A DNA stretch of 55,328 bases, taken from a virus. Taxonomy: Duplodnaviria > Caudoviricetes. This document shows, piece by piece, positions 16,785 to 23,564 of the stretch. The DNA lies in IMG/VR virus record IMGVR_UViG_3300045303_000219, positions 1 through 55,328 of that record; one strand, given 5' to 3'. The position numbers and the translations under genes are program-made. Every line of letters starts with the position of its first letter. Position 1 is the first letter of the stretch. The notes under the pieces are model-generated. The model made no database searches, had not been told where the DNA came from, and worked only from the letters and a program-made list of their open reading frames with translations.

Positions 16785-17099
16785 CCTTTTTCGGGGGTTT
16801 GGCCGGTCCTGCGGGATGCCCATTTCCCGGCACCGGGCGGTCCATGCCGCGTCGGTCGGTTCACGTAGGAAACCGATCCCGGCGAGAAACTTCAGCTGGG
16901 CGTCCCGGGCGCCGCGGCATAGGCGCTCCTTCTTGCCGGTCGGGCCAGTGAAGGGGCTCAGGCCGGTGTTATGGCAAATCCGGGATTCATGCCCGAGTGC
17001 CCGCTCCTCAAGGTAGCCGCGCAGGCCCGCGTGCGGGCTTCCCGGCCTCCACGGGCACGTAGCGCACATGGTGCGGTTTAACGGCCTCCTGTCGCTCAT
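16767..17099 (-). CDS. Cys-rich protein (DUF6283-like)
   Basis: CATCPWR...ICH...LCRG motif. Confidence 0.65.
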   Translation of the reverse strand: MSDRRPLNRTMCATCPWRPGSPHAGLRGYLEERALGHESRICHNTGLSPFTGPTGKKERLCRGARDAQLKFLAGIGFLREPTDAAWTARCREMGIPQDRPNPRKRGRKIF

Positions 17100-17494
17100 G
17101 GCGCCGCCTCCCGGCGGGCCGCCCGATATTCATCGAGGGCGCGCCGCCAGCGTGCCCGGGCGCGCCGGATCGCCTCCTCTTGCCGGTCCCGTTCCAGCAC
17201 CCGAAGCTTCCATTCCTGATGCCAGCTTTCGGCGATGCCCCATAGGCGCTTCACCTCCTCGTTCTGCTTGCCCGCGTGTAGCCGCCGCAGCCAGCGGTCG
17301 GCCCGGCGGGTGTAGGCGCCCAGCGCCCGGGTCTTGAAATCCGGGGCCTCCTGCCCGCATGCCGGGCAGACCGCGTAGGCCCGGGCGCCGAACAATTTGG
17401 CCCGCACCGCGGTCTCCTGCCGCTCGGCGTCGTCGACGTGCTGCTTGCACACCGCGCACTCGAAAAGTTGCGCCTGCCGTAGCGCCAGCGTCAC
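17096..17494 (-). CDS. Hypothetical Zn-ribbon protein
   Basis: GTG start; CAVC...CPAC followed by a helical tail. Confidence 0.65.
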   Translation of the reverse strand: MTLALRQAQLFECAVCKQHVDDAERQETAVRAKLFGARAYAVCPACGQEAPDFKTRALGAYTRRADRWLRRLHAGKQNEEVKRLWGIAESWHQEWKLRVLERDRQEEAIRRARARWRRALDEYRAARREAAP

Positions 17495-17718
17495 CGGGCC
17501 TCCAGTGAAAAGTGTTCGCACTCCTCGGCGGTAAGCGCCCGGTCGGTAGCGATTACGCCGTAGCGGTGCACGCTCGGCGGGATGTCGGGCCGCCGGTGCG
17601 CAAGGTCGGGCGGCGCTTCGCAATAGCGCCAGTCAATGCCCGGCGGTAGCGTGCACGCCGACGCGGGCCGCAGCAGCGGTTTGTAGCGGTGCAGGCCGAA
17701 TAGAAGGGCGTCGTTCAT
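17491..17718 (-). CDS. DarA C-terminal-like (defence-against-restriction / polyvalent protein) domain
   Basis: HRYKPLLRPASACTLPPG...RYGVIATDRALTAEECEHFSL matches Y..RP....P.G...YG.i...r.Lt.eE...f.L. Confidence 0.6.
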   Translation of the reverse strand: MNDALLFGLHRYKPLLRPASACTLPPGIDWRYCEAPPDLAHRRPDIPPSVHRYGVIATDRALTAEECEHFSLEAR

Positions 17719-18024
17719 TTAGTCGTTCCAGATTTTGACGGTCATGCCGAAGGCACTTTTGTCGACGCGCCCGGTGCGCCGGTCGATCGACCGATACACC
17801 CAGCCCACGATTTCATCTTCCCGCATGATGTGCCCGCAGGCCACGAAGGTGACCAGCTCGCCGGTGCGCATGCTGACAAGGGTGAAGCCCTCATCGCATG
17901 CGTCGGGCCACACCTGATGAAGGCGTAGGCCCTCCGGGCCGAAGTCGCTGGCCTCGGCGGACCCGGTGTTGCCGATCCATGTTAACAAGTTGGCGAGGAT
18001 CGGTGTGCCGTGCATGAACCTCAT
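17719..18024 (-). CDS. Hypothetical protein (101 aa)
   Basis: AEASD...VWPDACDEGFTLVSMRTG...VKIWND pattern; GGAGGT SD. Confidence 0.75.
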   Translation of the reverse strand: MRFMHGTPILANLLTWIGNTGSAEASDFGPEGLRLHQVWPDACDEGFTLVSMRTGELVTFVACGHIMREDEIVGWVYRSIDRRTGRVDKSAFGMTVKIWND

Positions 18025-18191
18025 CGGGCACCTCCCCCGCGGTAGCGGTTCAGATATTCGGCGAGGGTTTCGCCGGGCTTGCGTGCCGGGCCGAAAGGCG
18101 CCTGCACGTTGTAGTTTTTCGGCGCCGGGAGGTGCTGCTTGAGCACCGCGATCAGGTCGACCGTTTGCGTTTCGTTCGTGTCGTTCGTCAT
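18021..18191 (-). CDS. Hypothetical protein (56 aa)
   Basis: MTNDTNETQTV...PGETLAEYLNR; GGAGG SD. Confidence 0.6.
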   Translation of the reverse strand: MTNDTNETQTVDLIAVLKQHLPAPKNYNVQAPFGPARKPGETLAEYLNRYRGGGAR

Positions 18192-18196
18192 GGCTA

Positions 18197-18580
18197 TTAA
18201 ACCTCCCAAGTGTATTTCGCCCCGGCGTTGATTGCGGTGCGCAGGTCGCACACCGCCCAGCGGTCACCGGCCTGCACTACGACGCGAAGGTCGGCGCGGC
18301 CCCGGCGGGTGTTAAAACTTTTCGTGCCGTTCATCGAGCGCATCCAGCTCATGGCCGCGCCCTCGGTCTTGTGATACGTGATCTTGGAGGTGATCGGTGC
18401 GACCGCCATGCGGGCGTTGAAATCCGCCGCGATTTTTTCGGCGTCGGCTTTGCTATCCATCCACTCGCTGGGCATGCCGCCCGGAAAAACGACGAGGTGT
18501 TTGTGCCAGTAGGGGTCGATCGAAGTATGAACGCGGGCAAGCGCCCCGTTCCCGTTGCTGCTATTATTTGCTTTTGTCAT
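18197..18580 (-). CDS. Cassette-leading hypothetical protein, paralog of 16493-16714
   Basis: MTKANNS...SWMR...AVCDLRTAINAGAKYTWEV. Confidence 0.75.
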   Translation of the reverse strand: MTKANNSSNGNGALARVHTSIDPYWHKHLVVFPGGMPSEWMDSKADAEKIAADFNARMAVAPITSKITYHKTEGAAMSWMRSMNGTKSFNTRRGRADLRVVVQAGDRWAVCDLRTAINAGAKYTWEV

Positions 18581-18650
18581 GCCCCACAATGCCACAGGTG
18601 TAATAGTGTGCAAGTCGAAAATCAAAGATTTTTTGATTTATTTTTCGGCC
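18578..18650 (-). promoter_or_regulatory. Cassette promoter element copy 7
   Basis: Minus strand: GGCCGAAAAATAAATCAAAAAATC..TCGAC-TTGCAC-..TGG-CATTGT-GGGGC-ATG. Confidence 0.85.
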
Positions 18651-18859
18651 CGGGTTTTGGCCCATGTTCCCGCCCGCACGTAGCCGCCCCGGACCCGGCA
18701 GTATTTGATCGCGCCCCGGGCCTTCAGCCGGTCGATGGCGTTGTGCTCGGCAATTGTGAGAACGCCGACCGGGTGCCACGCACCGAAGCGCGCAATGTTC
18801 CCGAGCACCCAATCCTCGTTTGCCCGCATGGCCGCCGCGATCCGTTCGTGCGCCTTCAT
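18638..18859 (-). CDS. Hypothetical protein (73 aa)
   Basis: MKAHERIAA...; stop codon inside element 7. Confidence 0.65.
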   Translation of the reverse strand: MKAHERIAAAMRANEDWVLGNIARFGAWHPVGVLTIAEHNAIDRLKARGAIKYCRVRGGYVRAGTWAKTRAEK

Positions 18860-19116
18860 GTAGCACCCCACTTTTTAGGCGGCACGAAATCCGGCTCGAT
18901 AGCCATGACCACGAAGCCGTCCTTTTGCTCAAAGTCGGTGATGTAAGTAATGCGCCGCGCAAGCCATCTGCCGGTGTAGCGCCCGCCCTCCCACTCGCGC
19001 AGCATGATCCGGTCCTTCACTTTGAAATCCCGGTCGTTGCGCCGTATCTCAAACGTCTTTCGGAACGCCGCCACGGCGGCAAAAAACTCCGGGGCCGACT
19101 TCAGCTCGTGGTTCAC
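18856..19116 (-). CDS. ASCH/PUA-like DUF3850 protein
   Basis: HELK..PEFF.AV...[16 protein letters not shown]...LREW...YTGR...ITYI. Confidence 0.88.
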   Translation of the reverse strand: MNHELKSAPEFFAAVAAFRKTFEIRRNDRDFKVKDRIMLREWEGGRYTGRWLARRITYITDFEQKDGFVVMAIEPDFVPPKKWGAT

Positions 19117-19352
19117 GTAGCCGCCTCCTTGCCCGCCGCGGTGATGCGGTAAACGCAGCCCCAGCTCGCGTGCTTTAAATACTCAACGAGGCCCCGACGC
19201 TCCAGCGCGATCGCGGTCGCCCGCGCGTGCACGGTGAATTTGCGCCCGTTGATGTTCCCGGTGTAGCCGTGCCGCCCGTAGCCGATCGCCAAGATCGTGC
19301 CGTCCGGGGACCGGGCCGCCTCGTGTAAAAGTGCCTCCTGTGCCGCGTTCAT
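19113..19352 (-). CDS. Hypothetical wHTH-like protein
   Basis: [12 protein letters not shown]...YRITAAGK wing motif. Confidence 0.65.
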   Translation of the reverse strand: MNAAQEALLHEAARSPDGTILAIGYGRHGYTGNINGRKFTVHARATAIALERRGLVEYLKHASWGCVYRITAAGKEAAT

Positions 19353-19507
19353 GTAGCCTTGCATTTGCCGCCATCGGGGCGTTTCACGCGGCGCGATACG
19401 CAGTGACCGCAAATGCGCTGCCCGTTTAGGAAATACCATCGCCGCTTTTTCCATTTGCCGCACAAGGGACAGGCGAGCGGCGGGCGCTGGGTGATGCCGG
19501 GCTTCAT
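19349..19507 (-). CDS. Small Zn-finger protein (52 aa)
   Basis: CPLC...ICGHC; ATGA-coupled. Confidence 0.6.
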   Translation of the reverse strand: MKPGITQRPPLACPLCGKWKKRRWYFLNGQRICGHCVSRRVKRPDGGKCKAT

Positions 19508-19740
19508 GTGGCGACCCCCGGGTGCACCATGATGGGCACGCACGCTTGGCAATACGCCTCCCGCTCCCCCCATTTGACCGGGGCGCCGCACCGCGGGCAC
19601 TCCCCGGTTCTGCACCACGCACCGGCGGCCACGGCATCGGTGCCGAATTCGACCACCTTCCGGCGGCCTTTGTAGCCGTTCCAATTGCCCCAAATATTCT
19701 GGTGGATGCGCCGGGTGTTGGGGATGCGGCGCCTTCTCAC
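19504..19740 (-). CDS. Hypothetical Zn-ribbon protein (78 aa)
   Basis: NIWGNWNGY...CPRCG...YCQAC. Confidence 0.65.
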   Translation of the reverse strand: MRRRRIPNTRRIHQNIWGNWNGYKGRRKVVEFGTDAVAAGAWCRTGECPRCGAPVKWGEREAYCQACVPIMVHPGVAT

Positions 19741-20093
19741 GAAAGGTCCTCCAGTAGGATGTAGCGGGCGCCCGCCTTCGCGGCCAGCTCGTAACCTTCG
19801 TGTTCCGAAAAATCCTCCCGGGGCCGGGCATAGTAGAAAATCCCGTTCGCCCGGCAGTAGGCTTTGAAGGCCTCGACCATGCTCACCGGGCTCACGTAGA
19901 AGTTGGCCGCTTGAAATTGCGGCGGCAGGTCCTCATCCCGGATCGGCGTGATCTGCGGTGCCGCATTCATGCGGGCCGCCATCTGGCGCGCCCGGGCCTC
20001 GGTGATGTTTTCGGCGATGGGCCGTGCGCCCTTGCGCACGACCGCCCATGCCGGGCCGTATTGAACCGCGATGTAATCGTAGGCGCCGCTCAT
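19737..20093 (-). CDS. Hypothetical protein (118 aa)
   Basis: ORF track; coupled at both ends. Confidence 0.7.
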   Translation of the reverse strand: MSGAYDYIAVQYGPAWAVVRKGARPIAENITEARARQMAARMNAAPQITPIRDEDLPPQFQAANFYVSPVSMVEAFKAYCRANGIFYYARPREDFSEHEGYELAAKAGARYILLEDLS

Positions 20094-20506
20094 GCCGCAC
20101 CCCCGATCGGGACGAGGCGAATGATCCGGTCCCAGTTTCCGGCGGGCCGCGGGGCCGCATTGTGGAAGGTCACGAAGCCGCGGGGGTCGGGCATGTCGAA
20201 CTTCGAAACGACGCTGCGCTCGTGAATCGCCGCTACGGTGTAGGGCCGCGTGGCGACCGCGCGAAGCATCAGGGTCTCGCCGTTCGCCAGCGTGCCGACG
20301 AACTGAAAGCCCTTTTTGACCGCGGTGCGCTCGACGCTAATAAGGTCGGCGGCGAAGGCCGCGGACCCGGCGATTTGCGCTTGGCGCTCGGCCTCCAGCC
20401 GTGCCGCGTGCTCGATGCACGTTAGGCAGGGGTCGGCGGGATTCACCGTGCCGCAGATGTCGCACGCTACGAGGCCGTCGAGATTGATGTAGGTTTTGCC
20501 GCTCAT
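20090..20506 (-). CDS. Hypothetical protein (138 aa)
   Basis: MSGKTYINLDGLVACDICG...CLTC; ATGA-coupled. Confidence 0.7.
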   Translation of the reverse strand: MSGKTYINLDGLVACDICGTVNPADPCLTCIEHAARLEAERQAQIAGSAAFAADLISVERTAVKKGFQFVGTLANGETLMLRAVATRPYTVAAIHERSVVSKFDMPDPRGFVTFHNAAPRPAGNWDRIIRLVPIGGAA

Positions 20507-20730
20507 TGCGCACCCCCTGCCATCTTGCGAAGGCGGCGGCGGATGTCGCGGCGCTCGTTGCGGCGGTGTCTCAAGCCGGTCGTGTAACTGCGGCGGGCCA
20601 TCCATCCTGCAGGCCAGTGATCCCAGCTTCCGGTCGGAGGTGCTACCGTGACCGTTTTTTCGTATGCCAAACTGGTCGCGAGTTTCTCGCGCAATTCGGC
20701 TTCATTCATGTCCCATATTGGTTTTGTCAT
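20503..20730 (-). CDS. Cassette-leading hypothetical protein (75 aa)
   Basis: MTKPIWDMNEAELR...; starts at element 8. Confidence 0.7.
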   Translation of the reverse strand: MTKPIWDMNEAELREKLATSLAYEKTVTVAPPTGSWDHWPAGWMARRSYTTGLRHRRNERRDIRRRLRKMAGGAQ

Positions 20731-20801
20731 GCCGTATAATCGCACAAGTAGAATAGTGCGCAAGTGGAATTTGTAAGATTTCTCAAACTATTTTTCGCGC
20801 C
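20728..20801 (-). promoter_or_regulatory. Cassette promoter element copy 8
   Basis: Minus strand: GGCGCGAAAAATAGTTTGA..TTCCAC-TTGCGC-..TGC-GATTAT-ACGGC-ATG. Confidence 0.85.
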
Positions 20802-21082
20802 CTTTTCGGGGCCTCCAGCCGGGCATCGAATAGCACCTCGGCGTCGTCGCCACGGCAGTAGATTGTGATGGCGCGCCCGTCCGGTGCCCGGCCCTTCAGC
20901 CATGCCCGCAGGTCGCGCATGCCGACCAGCTCGCCCATCCATGCGCCGTGCCGGTCCTGATCCCACGGCTCGCCGAAATCCGAACAATCGTTCTGCACGT
21001 AGTGCCAGAACACTTCGCACGGCTCGCCGGGCTTGCGCACGTAGGCGACCGCATCCTTCAGCCGGTCATTGAGGCCGCTCAT
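20783..21082 (-). CDS. Hypothetical protein (99 aa)
   Basis: MSGLNDRLKDAVAY...; stop codon inside element 8. Confidence 0.65.
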   Translation of the reverse strand: MSGLNDRLKDAVAYVRKPGEPCEVFWHYVQNDCSDFGEPWDQDRHGAWMGELVGMRDLRAWLKGRAPDGRAITIYCRGDDAEVLFDARLEAPKRARKIV

Positions 21083-21285
21083 TGCCCGGCCTCCACGTCG
21101 ATCGCCCAATCGTAGACCGCCCGGTAGTGCCGGAAATGCTCGACCGTGCACTCCCACCGGCGGCTTGCCGGGAGGCCGTAAATGTCCTGCACGCCGCCCT
21201 CGGCGCACCGATAAACCTCGCCGCGGATCAGCCAGAACTCCCACCCGGCGCCCTTTGCGATGATGCGTGCCGGTGCGGCGGTCAT
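21079..21285 (-). CDS. Hypothetical protein (68 aa)
   Basis: ORF track; ATGA-coupled. Confidence 0.7.
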   Translation of the reverse strand: MTAAPARIIAKGAGWEFWLIRGEVYRCAEGGVQDIYGLPASRRWECTVEHFRHYRAVYDWAIDVEAGQ

Positions 21286-21575
21286 GCCGCACCCCCGCCG
21301 TTAAGGTCCGCCGTGGTCAGCCATCCGACCGTCGCCGCGGTGCGCGGTGCGCACTTCGCCGGGTTGGCAAAGTAGCGCTGGCCCACACCGCCCTGCTGGA
21401 CCCACCGGGCGCCGTCCCACCGCTGCCACGGAATGATCCGCACTAGCAGGCCGCGCTCGGCGTCGATTTGCTCGACGCGAACGACCGCGCCGAAGTTTAA
21501 AACGATGTCGCCCACTTCGATGGGCCGGGCGACTTGGCCTTTATCAGCTCGCGCTGTCATTTGTGCGTTTTTCAT
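21282..21575 (-). CDS. Hypothetical protein (SH3/KOW-like start IEVGDIV)
   Basis: MKNAQMTARADKG...IEVGDIVLNFGAVVRVEQI. Confidence 0.65.
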   Translation of the reverse strand: MKNAQMTARADKGQVARPIEVGDIVLNFGAVVRVEQIDAERGLLVRIIPWQRWDGARWVQQGGVGQRYFANPAKCAPRTAATVGWLTTADLNGGGAA

Positions 21576-21582
21576 TTTTCTC

Positions 21583-21702
21583 TTAGCCGTGCAGAAAGGT
21601 GTGCAGTAGGTGTAGGAAGTGAATCGCATCCTCGATCACATGGTGGTGGTGGTGCGCGTGTGCGATCGCCTTGTGGGCGGTTACTAGGATTCGGTTTGTC
21701 AT
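21583..21702 (-). CDS. His-rich peptide (39 aa, 11 His)
   Basis: MTNRILVTAHKAIAHAHHHHHVIEDAIHFLHLLHTFLHG; starts at the ATG of element 9. Confidence 0.7.
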   Translation of the reverse strand: MTNRILVTAHKAIAHAHHHHHVIEDAIHFLHLLHTFLHG

Positions 21703-21775
21703 GCTCACACTTTCGCACGTTTCTACAAGTGCGCAAGTGGAAATCTAAAGATTTCTTAAAATAGTTTTTGAGGCC
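21700..21775 (-). promoter_or_regulatory. Cassette promoter element copy 9
   Basis: Minus strand: GGCCTCAAAAACTATTTTAAGAAATC..TTCCAC-TTGCGC-..TGC-GAAAGT-GTGAGC-ATG. Confidence 0.85.
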
Positions 21776-21814
21776 GGTTTCGGCCCCCTTTTGCCCGGTG
21801 ACGCCCGGTGTTTG

Positions 21815-21916
21815 CTACACGCACCGGCACAGAAGGCCGATCAAGAGGAGAAAAAAGAAGGCCGCCAGTAGAAGGCACCCGCACCCGCAGCACCCGGTAT
21901 CGGCGGGATCGCTCAT
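21815..21916 (-). CDS. Cys-rich membrane peptide (33 aa)
   Basis: MSDPADTGCCGCGCLLLAAFFFLLLIGLLCRCV; ATGA-coupled. Confidence 0.55.
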   Translation of the reverse strand: MSDPADTGCCGCGCLLLAAFFFLLLIGLLCRCV

Positions 21917-22257
21917 TGCCCGAAATCTTCCCAGCCGTTGAACCGGGGCTCGTCGAGCATGCGCCCGCGCCCGAAGCGCCTTTGTGCGGCGGCCACGTCC
22001 GAATAGGGCCGGGGATGTGCTGCCCGGTCCCGCCGTTTGAATTCCTCGATCACCCGATCCCGCTCCCGGTCGGCGGCGCCCGGGGCCGGTTCGGCGCCTA
22101 TGCCGAGATCGTAAAGCAGGTCGTGCACGTTCGGCCAGCTCACCCGGCGCCACACGCCGCGCTCGTCCGGCGCCCACCATTTGCCCGCCCGGTAATCGAG
22201 GGCATCGGTGAGGCGCACCCACACCGCGGTCAGGTCGTCGATCGCGCCTTCGTTCAT
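21913..22257 (-). CDS. Hypothetical protein (114 aa)
   Basis: MNEGAIDDL...; GGAGG-like context and ATGA coupling. Confidence 0.65.
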   Translation of the reverse strand: MNEGAIDDLTAVWVRLTDALDYRAGKWWAPDERGVWRRVSWPNVHDLLYDLGIGAEPAPGAADRERDRVIEEFKRRDRAAHPRPYSDVAAAQRRFGRGRMLDEPRFNGWEDFGQ

Positions 22258-22589
22258 GCCGGGCGGCGCCATAGAAAGAGGGGCGTGTGCGGGCCTACGT
22301 ATGCCCCGAGGGTATTGAACCGGAAAAATTCGTCGGCCTCCTCCGGGGTCATGCCGTCCCGGGCCACGAGGATTTCGATGCACCGGCGGGCGTCGTAAAC
22401 GACCACCGTCGGCATCCCGCACCGTTCGGCGACGCCTACGATCGCCTCATCGAATCCGTCCGCGGTGAGCGCCTCCGGGTTTACCGAGGCGATCCACTCG
22501 TGCACCCGGGCGGCGGCGTGCCGGGCCTCCTCGGCGAACACCTCGACCAGCGGTTTGCCCGGCGGGCGGTGCTCGTAGCGGCGGCTCAT
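22254..22589 (-). CDS. Conserved phage hypothetical protein
   Basis: ADGFDEAIVG...VVYD...MTPEEADEFFRFNTLGAYVGPHTP, a widespread phage protein pattern. Confidence 0.85.
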   Translation of the reverse strand: MSRRYEHRPPGKPLVEVFAEEARHAAARVHEWIASVNPEALTADGFDEAIVGVAERCGMPTVVVYDARRCIEILVARDGMTPEEADEFFRFNTLGAYVGPHTPLFLWRRPA

Positions 22590-22837
22590 TCGCGCAGCCT
22601 TTCCGCGCCCACTTCGAAAATGATGTCCGCTTCACCCCGGAAATCGTCGAGGATTTTTTCTGCGCAATGATCGCAGACCAAAAGCGGCGTCTCGGTTCCG
22701 TGTGCGAACATCAACGAGGCCGTCGCTTTTATCGCACAGCTGGGCAAATCGGCGCAGTGATCATCCCCGCAGACTTCGCAAAAATGCCCGGCGGTGCACG
22801 CCCCGACCGTAATAATCTCGATGCCGCCCGCGTTCAT
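22586..22837 (-). CDS. Hypothetical Zn-binding protein (83 aa)
   Basis: CEVCG...VCDHCAE. Confidence 0.65.
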   Translation of the reverse strand: MNAGGIEIITVGACTAGHFCEVCGDDHCADLPSCAIKATASLMFAHGTETPLLVCDHCAEKILDDFRGEADIIFEVGAERLRE

Positions 22838-22863
22838 GGTCCAGTAACCGCCGGTTTTAACTG

Positions 22864-23060
22864 GTCCGGTAAAGTGTAGTTGCCGGACTTCCCCCTAGCG
22901 TAGCGCTGGTCCGAAAATAGGGTGGCCCTCAAGGCCGGGTCCCCTATTTTCGGATCAGCGCGGCCTCGCGTTTGATTAAGAATTAATTTGCTGGTGATTT
23001 TTTTTGGCATTTTCTGCTTGACCCGCGATTTTTTTTCAGGTTTACTCTGTTTTGAAATAA
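22864..23060. other. Two long hairpins plus AT-rich tract; candidate replication origin or structured RNA
   Basis: 20-bp inverted repeat 22903-22922/22942-22961, 9-bp inverted repeat 22864-22872/22880-22888, repeated GGTCC, and an AT-rich tract at 22971-23060 downstream of the helicase operon. Confidence 0.55.
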
Positions 23061-23075
23061 AGGAGGCACCCGTCG

Positions 23076-23564
23076 CTAGACGCTAGGTGCCCCTGATTGT
23101 CTTATGCGAACCCATCCGCCGCTTGCACCGCGTGCGATTTTTCCTTCGCTTAGGCCCTGATCGAGCGCTTTGAAAAATGTCCACTTGCTCATGTGCAGCT
23201 CGGTCCATAAATGTTTGTAAAGCGCACCGGCGGGAACGGGCACGTCGCTCATCCGCATCAGTAGGTCTCCGAGGCCCAAACCGCGCTGCCCCCCATGCGC
23301 CCATGCGGGTGACCAATTTGTATTGCCGCGCCAGCGCCGCGTCACCGGATCGAAAGTAATCACCGGCCCGCGAATTCCTCTCTGTGCGGTCTTAAATAAT
23401 GAAATTGCGCGTTCGAAAGGTTCACCCGGAATCAGGCGCTGAATGAATTGTAGCACCTCGCTCTCCCGCGGATTAAATGGCCGGGACCGATCCGGGTAGT
23501 GTGATAATTCCGGCATGTGCCTGAGCCGCACCCAAATGGCGTCGTCCTCCTTATTGTTCGGCAT
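23076..23564 (-). CDS. Hypothetical protein with C-terminal wHTH paralogous to the helicase C-terminus
   Basis: MSKWTFFKALDQGLSEGKIARGASGGWVR vs helicase MSRSTFFELWDQGKQAGRIVPGGEGGWVR. Confidence 0.75.
   Translation of the reverse strand: MPNNKEDDAIWVRLRHMPELSHYPDRSRPFNPRESEVLQFIQRLIPGEPFERAISLFKTAQRGIRGPVITFDPVTRRWRGNTNWSPAWAHGGQRGLGLGDLLMRMSDVPVPAGALYKHLWTELHMSKWTFFKALDQGLSEGKIARGASGGWVRIRQSGAPSV

Noticed and set aside
7397-21775. Cassette repeats as a CRISPR array or integron attC sites
   Set aside because: Repeats are degenerate and promoter-shaped, separated by 0.7-3.8 kb of genes. There are no cas genes, no integron integrase and no attC-style inverted boxes.
22834-23010. 58-aa minus-strand ORF (MPKKITSKL...) across the hairpins
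   Set aside because: Its stop overlaps the next ATG, but the sequence is better explained by the inverted repeats; there is not enough support to call it.
23057-23070. Strong SD-like AAAGGAGG on the plus strand
   Set aside because: No start codon at a usable distance and it faces a convergent gene.
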